DNA of 64,000 nt, from positions 60,057,195 through 60,121,194 of the forward strand of contig CM074513.1 in NCBI GenBank assembly GCA_037379345.1, written 5' to 3'. The DNA comes from Perna viridis. Lineage: Eukaryota. Of the stretch, positions 26,581 through 39,228 are shown one piece after another. Made by a program: the position numbers and the translations under genes. Under the pieces are notes generated by a model. It was not told the DNA's origin, searched no databases, and saw nothing but the letters and a program-made list of their open reading frames with translations. Within the stretch, counting starts at the first letter, position 1; every line of letters begins with the position of its first letter.

Positions 26581-29500
26581 TATTTGTTTCTGTGAATGTA
26601 CATGTAAAGCGATTAAATTGTTAGGCTTTTTGCTAAAAAAAAAAGTCACAAGTCGGTAGAGATTTTCCATGTTTTGCTACACGATCTCTTTTACAGTGAT
26701 AGATGTTGCACCGCATTTGTACTGTAACTGAACTTTTATGCATGTTATATTTGATAACATTTCCATTTTTTGTTCACCCCGGTACTACTAAGGAGAAATA
26801 CGGCTTAGCTAAAGCAAAGTTTCCGTGTTTATTTTTTTTCCTTTTTTGGTACATGTTTATAATTATTTCAAGAATTAATATTATATGGGAGTCCGAGTTC
26901 TAATTCTATTTGTAAAAAATAATATAGTTGTATCTCACTGTGTTGATGATGGTAGTTCCCTTTGAATGCTTGAAAGTTTAGTTGAGTCATTTAGGTGACA
27001 TGCTAATAACACTTGTTTTATTTTTTGTGTATTACACTGGGTAGCAGCATCAAACGTATCATACATTTTCTGGTCTTATTTTTTTAATAATGTAAGTAAT
27101 TCAAAGTTAATAATTTTATTTGCAGAAAAATAAAACTTTTACAATTTATAATTCTTTGATATTCAATAAGTATAGAGGCAAATACATCTTGTAGTGCCTG
27201 GGTAAAATAAAACATATGTTTGTACTGTAATAACATAGTTATTTGCTTTGAACACATTCTTACAACACTCAATAATTGGGACATATTATAATGTAAGTTA
27301 ATATAATAAAATAGAAAATACTAAACTATCATCTTCATCTGCTCTATCTCTCATATAACTTTCTCAAAATATACAAAATAATATATATGGTATACATTAA
27401 CACCTATAGATATACTGGATTAGTCCAGTGCAAGCCATGCCAGGGAAACTAATACAGGGGACTGTACTCTCCATATTTACACCAGGGGACTGTACTCTTC
27501 CATATTTACAAGACCGATAGAATTTCTATTCTGTATGACCAAGTGTTTACATTAATGGGACAAAATTGTAATGACCATAGAAATAAGGGAAAACTGACCA
27601 GTATAATGCTAGTGTATATCTTTTATGCAAAATTCCTCAAGAAATTTCATGTTACACTGAATTTTCATTATCAACTTTTTGTTTCACTTATTTTCGACAG
27701 AAATGCACCTTGGTTTTTCAATCTTCATTTTAAATGAAGAAAAGTATTCAAAATTTGTTACAAGAGTTTTACAAGTTCAATATTTAAAAAAGTATTATGG
27801 GACAGGTTGGTAATTCAGGGTCAACCAAAAAAAAAAAGAAAGTAGACTGGGCTGCATAGAATTATTGAAGGACTATGTACATAAAGGACTAGATATGGAT
27901 CCCTGACATGGCTGTTCCTGCCACAACAAACAAAGCCTAGTATAAAATATAAATGTAAAAAAAGTTTTGTTTTCCAATGTAATCCAAGCCATTTGATTCA
28001 AAAACAACATAGCTAATAAGCTTGACATATATCACAGAGTACCACACACTATAGCTTACAGAGGGTTTACACCAAACAATGCCATTTCACCAATCAAACT
28101 TAAATACTACCAGTCCATCAACCCCATGTAAGCTGCAGTGTCATTTATTAAGGAAGATCTGCATGTATATATATCTATACCAAAACATTCAACAAAATTT
28201 TCGATGCTTTTTACTGTTAACATAAGCACAGCTTGTAAGTTAAGGGTGAAAATTTTTGGCAAATAAAAAAAAAAAAATTGGGTAGTATAAGAAATTTAAA
28301 AGTAGACAATTTTTACATTTTTTTCATTGCATATAAAAAGTTTTACATAAAAGATGTTACTTAATTTAAACTGCATATAGTTAGGTATGTAAACAATCTA
28401 TTGACATTCAAACCTAAAATAAACCATCTGCTCCTTGCACACATTTCTCAACTACAGATTATTAAAGTGCAAAAATTTTAATACAATAAAATAGGTCTTC
28501 TCTTAGGGTTATAAAAACTTTTGACAGCGGGATTAAAATATAATCTTAAAAAGAAAATATTGTGATTATCTAACATACATTTCTGGTGAGATTCATTGCA
28601 TATATATTCTGTGTAAAAATGGAAAATGTAGCTAAGCCAGACACTTATAGGCCATATAGAAAACACTTTTGAACAAATACAAAATACTAACTTAAAAATG
28701 ATGTGAAAAAGTGAAAAGTTGAACCTTTTCTATATGGCATATATTTAACTATGAAGTTGGATTGTGAGGATACTTGTTCTGATGTTGGCTCCTCAAAGTA
28801 AGTACTATGTATATATGAAAACAATATTTACTACTGTAACATCTGAATCATTTTCTATTAAATGAAACAAAAAGTGAATCTGCATAGATTTAATATCAAT
28901 TTATGTAAAATGAGAAAGGGAGACAACTTGACAGGAATATTAAAATGATAATAAAATCAATTTCATTAATTTTTGTTGGTTTTTTATGAAGTTGATAAAA
29001 CTTTTTAAAACAATCAACAAAATAAAAACTCAACCATATGGAATGGAAAAAATACAACCCTGAAAAGTCTTACAAGTAATTACACTTTGGTCATTTCACA
29101 TAATTCTTTACCACTTTGGCTTTTTCAAATTCTATATCACCATCAAGGTGACTTGGATATGAAAAAAAATAATCCAACAACTATTCAAATGATGTGATTA
29201 AGAACCTTGCATATTCTCAACATCTAATTGATAAAGTAAGTTGACAATAAAGATAATACAAAGTTCTTTGACAAAATATCTTAAAAAAAAATAAACCTTA
29301 ACCAAGAATGGAATTCTGCACAACCTACTAACAGCTATAACCTACCAAATAACAGATCTTTCCAGCTCTGCTCTTTATGAAAAATAAATTCTCTGACATT
29401 TCATAATTATATAATATTTACACTTATATAAACATCATGAGACAATCAACAAAAGAAATTGCACCAAAATTTTTAAAAGAAGATTCATTTCTAATTATGC

Positions 29501-30483
29501 CAACAATTGCTTACTAAAAGCTAAAGCTACATGTACTAATTTTTTTTTCTTCTGTCTTTTCTAAATAGGTGTCATCTATTCTTAGATATCAAAGGTAAAA
29601 AAATGGCCCTTAACCCACAAATAAATTTTAAATTTCAAAATATAAATTGTTTAAATATTCTCACTTTTATAATTTTCATGTTCAATAGTGAATACTGACA
29701 TGGTTCTAAATTGATAAATTAAAGCAAACCAAATTAAAAGATGTCAAAATAAAACCAAAAGGATTTCAAGACAAAAATTACCCCCACTTTAAAACCTAAA
29801 GCACTAACATTGAGCATTGCAACAGTCAAAAAAAAAAAATTACCTCCCTTTTCTTAAGGAATAAATACAACAAATAATCTTAAATTTAACAAAAATAACT
29901 AAACTACAATATATTAACACAAGAATAAAATAATAAATGTTCATTTGGCCAATCTGGTACAAAAATAATATCTAAACATAACAAAACAATGCTTCCGTCT
30001 GTCCAACATCATGTGCTATAAATGTCAACCATTCAATGGTGTGGGATGATGAAAATGTTGATAAAAACAAATGACTGGTGTGAGACTTAGTGAGTAAAAT
30101 TTTCATCTACTGATAATTCTACTGTGGTATATGTTTTTTATACATTCTCCATGGTATGATCATATTGACATTTGTAACACTTGATGAAGCTACAATGTCA
30201 CAAAGTTAACCCTCAACCTTTGATACTTGCATTAACCGAACCTCAATGCTTGCAGCTCATTACAAAATTATTATTTCAATTGAAATTTCTGCTATCCAAA
30301 GAAGTGGTTAACTTTGTCACATTTAACATGTATAATAAATGCATAAAGAGCATGTAGACCATGTAAAATGTCTATCATAAATAATCTTATTCTTATAAAT
30401 GTATAGAACATAATCTCATGACATCAGATTGTTCAATGCGAGAAAACTCAGTGGTGATGAAACGTTAAAGTGTCCTGAATCTG

Positions 30484-31793
30484 TTACGAAAATATGCGTA
30501 TAGCCTGAGTAGGTGTCTGGTGACATACAGGACAAAGGCGCTCCGTCATCGGTTTCTCTACTATAAGACTAGCACACTCCATACAAAACAGATTGTGGCC
30601 ACATGGTACTAAAGCAGCAACTATGTCACTCTCAGAACACATCAGACAATGTCGGTGGGGTTGTCCGTTAAGTGTTGGAACCTTGACTGGACAAGACACA
30701 CTACCCATGGACTTGGGTGAACCCACAACGCTGTTGATGATTGATGCACTAATACTATCACTCGACAGAATATCGGTGGGAACACAGCTTGCGGTAGTTG
30801 TGATGTTTCCGAATGCTGTTGAAACTACTGTGGTTGACTGGGGAATAAAGTCATTTGTAATTTGTCGGACTAGATCAGGAGCTGGTGGTGAGTTTTGACC
30901 ACTAGACTGACTGGTGGAATCTGTAAGTGGTGGAGATAATGAGTGTTGTGATGCTGCACTTCCTAAACTGCTACCACGGCGAGTAAATGTGCTACCACCA
31001 AACCCTGTAAGGGCTTCTGGCCAAACAGATGAAGGAGGCATCTGGTCAAACTGTGGTGAACCTCCAAAACCTTCATCGTTGTCGTACACACCGAAACCAT
31101 TTGTGAAACCAGTGTTCATTGAAAGGGGTGCAAAATCTGATATTTTTGTAACAGGTGGAAAGTTGAAAACTGATGTATCAAAATTGCGTTGTGTCATGAG
31201 CTTGTTGCCATTGACAGAGTTTTGATAGTCAGTATATGTACTGTAACCATTAACTGGCTTGAAGGAAAAGAAATTGTTACCATTCAATTCATGGAACCCG
31301 GAGTCTATACCATTGTTGTGAAAATCATCCTCTTGACCTTCTATTTGACCTCCAGTGCGAATTGCAATATGACTTTCTATTTCTACTTTCGCTTTCTCTA
31401 CATTTTCTGGTAACCCTGTAACCTCAAATATTGGCTCCTTATCTCTACTAGGTGTAACAATATATGTGTGGGTCTGTTGCTGAATTCTTTTAATTGTAGC
31501 ACCTTTAGGTCCTACGACCAGCCCTACAACCTTGTATGGAACACGCACCTGGATTGTGACTTGTCCTGGAGCACTAGGACTTGGTGGGCCCATCATAGAT
31601 CCACTACTGGATACACTGCTATTTCTCCTTGAAGCCCGAATCTGACTGAAATGCTCAGCTGCTGATAAGATTTCTCTCTTAGCAAGGCAGACATCTTCTT
31701 TCCTTCCAGTAACAACAAACACAGGTTCCTCTCCTCGCACTGGTGTCTTGATGTATGTGTTAGTCTTAGCTCTTAATGCCTTGATCTTACATC
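30484..31793 (-). CDS. MEX3: MEX3 coding exon 2 (rest of KH1, KH2, Ser-rich linker, C-terminal C3HC4 RING)
   Basis: Acceptor CTTTCAG|GA at 31794/31793. Splicing gives [38 protein letters not shown]. KH2 is VRVPYKVVGLVVGPKGATIKRIQQQTHTYIVTP; RING is CLMC..PCGHNLFCMEC..CPVC; stop TAA at 30486-30484. Exons sum to 232+1310=1542 nt = 513 aa + stop. Confidence 0.97.
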
Positions 31794-34700
31794 CTGAAAG
31801 TAATGAAATGTCTGTACTAGTTTTGTATTAATAGCAAATCTATGACAGCTCTTCCTGTCCCAGAAATAATATAGGCAATTAAATAATGGCAGATCTAATT
31901 TTATAATTATCAGTGTTCATTTATAGGAGAGAGGCATTGTGCAGATTGTATAAATAAATGAAGATCGGGGTAAAAAATGCTACTTTAATGTACAACTACA
32001 AGTGACAGGTAAATGCCTGAAGCCTCAATGTGAATGATGAAGAGTGTACAACATCTGTGACTAGTAGATGTAAGACTTGAGTGTCTTAAAGGTACAGCAG
32101 TTTTATTTTTCAGACTTCAATTCAGCAGCTTCAAGTATCATTATCAGTAATACTTATAATGAGCAGACATACAACTATGTTGGTACAAATATACAATGTA
32201 TTTTGCATGGCATGTTAACATTTTTCTTTCCATAAACTTAAACTAAAACTTTTTCCCAGACTGGAAAAAGATTTTATGAATCACTTGTAAATCAGAGATC
32301 ATAAACAGAAATTATCAACATTACTAAGACTGTCTATGATAAGAATCTACTGCACCCCAAAAACTTGACAAATTTCCAGTGTATACTGATAAGATGAAAC
32401 TATGATTATTATCATAGCCAGATACTAGACTGGCAAACACCATTCATAAATATTCTGCTACATATGTTTCTCATACAAATATTTAATACAAGTACATTTA
32501 TATAGGATACAATTATACTTGTACATGCAATACTGCAGAAAAGTAACTTAACTTAATTACCAGGGTATGGCCAACAATATCATTCATAAGGCTAAATACA
32601 ACAAGTGTGTATGTACACTTACAGGTTTTAAAAATCATACAAAGAGTTACATCATCAGGACTTTCTTCACCTACATCTTTCAGCTCATTTAAACCTTAAT
32701 TGATTGGGAGCACTTCTCATTTAGACCCCACCCTATGAAAAAAAACCCACACCACCATACGCGTTGACGCACAAACATGTATACAGCATATAAATGTTAA
32801 TAATGAAATTTCTTTAAGCCAAAAGTGAGCCTACATCAATAAAATTAAATTCATCAAATTCTCATAGAAATTGCTACAAGCATTTTTTAGATGTACTCCA
32901 AATATTGAAAAACGCTCCTTTTGTGTACCTACATTTAAATATGTCCATAACTCAACATCAAATCTGAAATTGATAAAAATTGAAATCAACAGAAATAAGC
33001 AATTTCCGGATTTTTTCAGTGTCCATTAACAGGGAATCACCTTTTAATGAATAAAGCCCCATAACTCACATACATAAAATAGGAAATTTCAGTGTTCGCC
33101 TTTAGTCACTCACTATCCCAAGACAAGGGCTAGTAAAAAATGATTCGGGATGGTAAAATTATGTGTACTTTTCTTGTTTCGGGCTAGTCTTTGAGAATTT
33201 TGAAGGAAAGAACTGAAATTTATAAAATCCTAAAGTGTGCTTACTTCAACAAAGAGAAACAATTTAACAGGTTTCATGAATATTAAGAGCAGGGACTATA
33301 TGACACAAGTACATGTGCATTTTGTAGGTGGAAGCAATTTTGAGTTCATGTGCAAAGTGTGAACATAGGACAGATGAACCATACTACAAGTGTACAACCA
33401 AAGAAAGATAGGCAAATAATTTTATTTTTACCAAAATGTATGATAAAAAATTGGTCTTGGCTTTACTTTTTTTGGTACAATGTGTATACTGACAGACAAA
33501 TGTCTACTGAAAGGCAAGTGTTGACCACTTAACTTTGCCCCTTAAAGAAATCCTTCCGCACAGAAATAATTACAATGTATGTACATGTACTCCTAGTAAA
33601 ACAATTCCCTATACTGATTATGTTAACAAAACATCCCAATTCACAAATTCATTTGTATATTACAAGTAAATGTACAATATGGCAAATTACAATTGTGTAG
33701 TTTAAAACTTTTCATGAACATATTGAACTCTCAATTTAAATCACAAATGTATATTGTGATACCAGAAATTCTTCCTCAGACAAAAAAAAAAACAAACATG
33801 TGAAATGTACATATACTTGTATGGTTAGTAAAAGAACAAGTAAAGAATTATGACAGCTAGAATCTAAGTATGGAACCGATGGTCTACGTATTGTGTATGG
33901 ATTATATGTACATGTTAACATATACATGTACACATGTATGGTCTTTGTATCCTGATGCTTTCTTTCAGTCAGATCAATTTTTAAAATAAATTAGAAATGT
34001 ACATGTACAAAATGTGTCTACTGGTTATTCTTCATATTTGCCTCCACAACTTAAGCTACAATGTACTTTATCCTGACCTGACTTCTGTACTTTATAATCA
34101 ATCACACATTATTTTTATTTAAATATTTTAGCTTTAAAAAAACTATCACATCTGGAACAAGTCAAAATGATTTCACTATTCTTTCCTTGCAATTTTCTGT
34201 AACTTCTTCCAAAGTTCAGTGGTTTTGTGTTGTTTTCACCCCAGAAAAAAAATTGTAAATAGGCCACATGTTCGGGCTACATTTGTACATGTAACTACAT
34301 ATTTTTGTCAAAGTTGTCTGTGTATTACATTGTGTACAAACAATATGGACAATATTTTCTTTATACTTGATTAAGTGCTTCTAAAAACACAAATTAGGAA
34401 TGCTTATGCATTTTTGTTCCCATGTTACATGCACCAGAAACGTAAGCATGGTTTAATTTGATATGTTCATGTACACATGTACATGTATTGTACATTGAGG
34501 CTTTTTAAAAATTGTTTTTTCTTAATATATGGATCATTCTGAATAAACTGAAACAATACACATTAATCACTAAATATGCAAGTCAATTGACTTAAATCCA
34601 TTTAAAATTAACACATACTGTATCATGCAGGAGCTAGGACCTGCATTTTTTTTCTTTGGGTCTACATTGGCCTTTTTTAATAAATCATTACTGATATTCT

Positions 34701-36000
34701 AGTTTATAATCTACATTTATATTTACATTACAGAAATATGGTAAAAATATTTCATTAATAATGGCTCATCCATACTGTGCATGAACCATTTTTTTTCTTA
34801 AAACTGAACTTAGGTCTTTTCTGAATAATTTGAGTCATATTTAAAATACCTACTTTTCCATTTCATCTACATGTACTAATATTTGGAGCAAGCATACATG
34901 CAAATTCTTTTGAAGATAATACTTGCATGTACTTGGTTAACATTATATGTGTACTCTATATAATCAGAAAGCTTGGAAACTCTCATATCTTATTTGAAAG
35001 TGGGAATAATTACTGTATTTGAATATTTTCAGAAGAAAGTATCCTTTATCATTTTAATATCTAAAAAGTTGTGGACCTTGAGATATTGCATTTTACCTGG
35101 GTCTTTGATATTTGAAATAACGAAAACTTTTTGTTCAACAAATAATCCCACTTTTAAACAATATTTCATGTTTAAAAAACAATTTTTATAGTGGATAAAA
35201 AATCCATGAATGGGAGGTAAACCCTTATTTGAGCTGTTGAGATCTTGTTCACAACCAGTTGAGTGACTAATATTTATCATATTATTTGAGGTACTGTAGT
35301 TACTTTTAATTGAACACATCATCCCCTGAAAAGTTTCATTTGAAGACATGACAAATGTCAACCTAAATATTCATAAGAAGGCTTAATATACTAATTTTTG
35401 TCTAGTATTACTTTTCTAAATTGATCTTTTCAAAGCATTATGAACTTATCCGAAAACCACAGAGTTCTCGAAATGAACCCATTCTATGGATCAGTTAAAA
35501 AAACTAACATAACAGGAAAAACTCATGCTCCACGAAAAACACGTGCTACTAGATAACAATGCAGTCGATCTGCCTAAAACCACAAAGCATTTCTCGTACC
35601 AATATTCCCTCAAACGACTGTGCAAATTCACATATCAACATGTCTTCACTTATACCATAGTAACTTTAATTCAAGTCATTGTATCAATCAAATATTCAGT
35701 AATAAATGAAAACAGAACTTCTTTGTTTCCTGCAATAACATTAGTTCTTTGTTCAGGAATAAATCGCACGTGGTCGACTGATTCTGAGACGACGGAGAAA
35801 ACAAAAATCAATAAGCCAACATTTCCGAGGCTTCAATGTAATGAATCAAGCTACAATTGTAAATTAAGCATGTTTATATTACAAATACGACAATAATTTA
35901 TACTATACGCATAACAAGACTACCACGCGTGTCATCAAAATTAACGCACTGGACCGTAAATGATGTATACATCCAAATGTATGAATGAAATTATTTTTAC
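31794..36000 (-). other. MEX3: MEX3 GT-AG intron (4207 bp, phase 1, splits KH1)
   Basis: Canonical GT/AG ends; removing it restores the conserved KH1 reading frame. Confidence 0.93.
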
Positions 36001-36232
36001 CTTGCCTTCCAACAATTTCTGCAACATGTTCGGAACTTGGTACAGGAACACATTCTGTCATATTAGCCCCATTGTTTTTCTTGTTTATCTCTGCATTATC
36101 ACCAATGTCATTAGCATTTGAACTGTTATTATCCTCTTCAATTCCAAGCATTGAAAGCTCAAAAGCCAAGTGCAGTGCTCGTTGCTCCTCTAAATTAACA
36201 GGTAAAGTCTCCGTAAATAAATTCGCAGGCAT
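36001..36232 (-). CDS. MEX3: MEX3 RNA-binding E3 ubiquitin ligase, coding exon 1 (NES-like helix and first half of KH1)
   Basis: ATG at 36232-36230. Encodes ...[17 protein letters not shown]...[22 protein letters not shown], the hallmark start of MEX3 KH1. Ends CAAG|GTAAAA with the GT donor at 36000-35999 (phase 1). Confidence 0.96.
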
Positions 36233-36339
36233 TGTGAAAATAATATATCCAAAGTAACAACGTATAAAAATAAATATTTATATGTAATCCATGTAACACT
36301 AAAAATTCTTCATGAACTGAGCTTCTGTTGCTGAGAGCG

Positions 36340-36585
36340 GAAAATGAACTGTCTGCTATTTTTATTCACGATGTACAAAAGCCAATAGGTTTACTGACGT
36401 CATTTTCCCAAGATTCCGCGGCATTTTCATAATTGAATCATTTCATTGGCTTATCAATCAAGGAAGGCGGAGCTTATGTTTGACCTCGTGAGGATCGGAG
36501 CATAACAATAACAACAAATTATATTTAGATATCGACAACCAAGGCGAAAAACGCGCTAAATCCAACAGAAATGGCGCGTACTTTA
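36340..36585 (-). promoter_or_regulatory. Putative MEX3 proximal promoter
   Basis: Lies ~110-350 bp upstream of the ATG and is locally CpG-rich. Contains CCAAT 36382-36386, ATTGG 36445-36449, palindromic CRE TGACGTCA 36395-36402, GC-box-like AGGCGGAGC ~36465-36473, E2F-like GGCGAAAA ~36543 and YY1-like AAATGGCG ~36569. Confidence 0.55.
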
Positions 36586-38323
36586 AATTAAAATTTTAGC
36601 CTTAAAAACTATTCAGTCAAACCAGGGAGTGTATGTTAGAGCAGGGCTTTATGTAACACTCCCTGCACAGTGTAACCATAGACATGTATTTGAATTACAT
36701 GTAGATGGTTGAACTTTTATATCATGAAAATCTCCCATAAAAATCAGGGAGTGAATACATGTTGAAAAATCAAGTCCTTGTAAATATTAAGAAAACTTTT
36801 TAAAGGTGCACAGGAAAGTACATGTAGTCCTGGAAATGCATTTACACCAATCAAATTATTGTTTAAACATTTTTTCTGTTTGCTATATAAAATAGTAAAT
36901 GTATGTTTTATTGTTTTCGAAAGAACAATGGCTTTGTGTAATATGTAAAACCAGCGGCATTTAAATCACACGATATAAATGTTCCTGGTAAAACTTAGGT
37001 TTTCTGCGTTGACCAGTCTTTCTTCAATAAAGATTTGAATTTTGACCTAAAATTGGGTTTAACTTTTGAGATGGAAAGTATTTTTCTATTTCTGCAGGGA
37101 AAATGGTGGTGTGAAGTTTTATCTTCCTTTCATAGCTAACAAATATTAAATAATAATAATAAACGGGTCTCTAAATTTCGTCAAAGGTTAAAATCGTTTA
37201 TCAGTTATCTAAGCATGTAAAACGTTCCTTATCAGTAATTCTTTACTAATTATGGTTATTAAGTATATGTCAATTTTATAACAAGCCTCTAATAAAGGCA
37301 TTTGTTTATGTAGTACGAATGATAAGATGTTGATTTCACACCGTGGGGCCACGGGTAATAACCATGTTAGTCGTTGTTACACAGAGCTGTCAACTATGAA
37401 GTATACCTTCTTTCAACTGACACTCGAGTGAATTAATACACTAATTGAATCAAAAGTAAATGGCCCCTTTATAGACAACTGGGATTTGGGTCTTAATCCA
37501 AATTTGTTCTTGTGAATTAGGAAGGTGTCAGCACCTGGGCGTGTTAAATAGCACAGCTTCTTAGAGTGGCTACTTCCGGAGTTTCTTGAAAGTGACAAAG
37601 TAAAAAGATTTCACAGTTGTCCATAAATACAGTGCTCAGCATGCTAAATCACTGATATCACATGTATGTGGTCATTAAATTAATATGAACAGATAAAAAA
37701 TGCGGTGACCTTCTCCATTTCCGGATTTATTTTTAAAAGCAGTATATCAGTAATGAAGAGTGCCAAGCTGTAACCTACAGTTATGAAACTGTTTCGAAGA
37801 GTCGATCGATCGTTAATCTTCGAAAATAAGATCCTTTGCTTAGTCGTCCGTATCACTTTTTGATTATTTAAGAGCCAAAGTCTAGAGATAATCTATCTGT
37901 CTGATGGTTCCTCCGACAATTTTATCGTTTTCCTATACGAATACAGATATTCGGTCTATTACCGACTACAAATGTTTTGGTAACAATTTGTAATGAGAGA
38001 TTCATCAGTAACCCATACAGATAATGGTGCCATTATCCAAATTATTGTTGTCCAAACATTAATTACACTCAGTGGGATTACAACAATCATTCTCGCGCCC
38101 ATTTCAAAGGAGTAGTTAAAAGCCATCATACACAAGTCTGTTTTTACATTCAATATTAATCAGATTGTTATAAAAACAATAAATTGTTTGATGATAAATC
38201 GTCAATAAAGGGATGCTTTCAGGTGCCGTGAAGATTTTCAGGACTGTAATATTTGTCTGTAAATGACCAACGACTACTGTTTAATTTTATATAAAGATGA
38301 TAATATGGTTAGTTACTCGAATG

Positions 38324-39228
38324 GATGTCTTCCTCGAATGCCAACATTGTATATATTAGCTAGTTCTTGAATGCCAACAAAATATTTCAATAGATGTTTA
38401 TATTAAAACAATAGGAGTTTTTATAACAATTAAAATGTTTTATAACTATTTAACTGTTGAGATTAATTAGTGAAGTTGATAAATGGAACAAAAAGCAGAT
38501 TTTTAAAAATATGCAAGAATATAATTTAATTGAATTATTAAAAATTTATAAAAATATAATATTAACATTTTTTTACTTTTATTTAAAGAAATGTACAAAT
38601 TTAAAGAAATTCAGAGATTTAACAACAATAAAAATAATTTCAAACTCTTCAAACTTATTGAAGACTATGATTTATTTCATTCTTTATCATTCTTACGTTT
38701 TAACTAATTAATATGAATATATTTATTTTCTACTTTTCATGCCTAATGCGGTGTCAAATTATAGTAATAAGAGTATAGTCCTTAAACCACTTACAACAAA
38801 AACAGATCTTCTGAATTGTGTATCAATTACAAATATTTTATTATATTGAACAAAGACCTCATACTTAGTAACTAGTACTAGTGTTTAGTACTAGTATTCC
38901 TACATAAAATAGAATGATAGATTGAAATAATCAAGTTATTGGACTACAAAACTAATTCAAATATCTATTGTGTTGTATATGTACATGTATGATTTTGTGA
39001 AGAAATGCTTGAGTAGAAACTGCCAAAAAAAAAATTAACAACTGGAATTACCATCTGAAATATGAACTGAAATAACTCACCTGTAATTTACCTATCTGTT
39101 AATTAGGTAGTTTTGATAAGCATGCACTTTTTTTGTTATATCACTAACACCTATTCCTTCAATGCCAACAAAATTTTACAGGTAAATTGTGGGTAGATCA
39201 AAGGATGTTGGCATTCGAGGAATAAACC
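38324..39228. mobile_element. 905-bp MITE with 8-bp TSD (Merlin- or MULE-like; superfamily uncertain)
   Basis: TIR core TTCCTCGAATGCCAACAT at both ends; TSD CTCGAATG at 38316-38323 and 39229-39236; extra AATGCCAACA subterminal copies. Confidence 0.8.

Noticed and set aside
30593-31413. Plus-strand ORFs of 74-103 aa
   Set aside because: Antisense shadows of MEX3 exon 2.
35903-36000. C-terminal part of the 109-aa ORF (KNNFIHTF...)
   Set aside because: Intron read-through past the GT donor. Likewise the ORF-track start at 31740 is an internal GTG (Val), not the true start.
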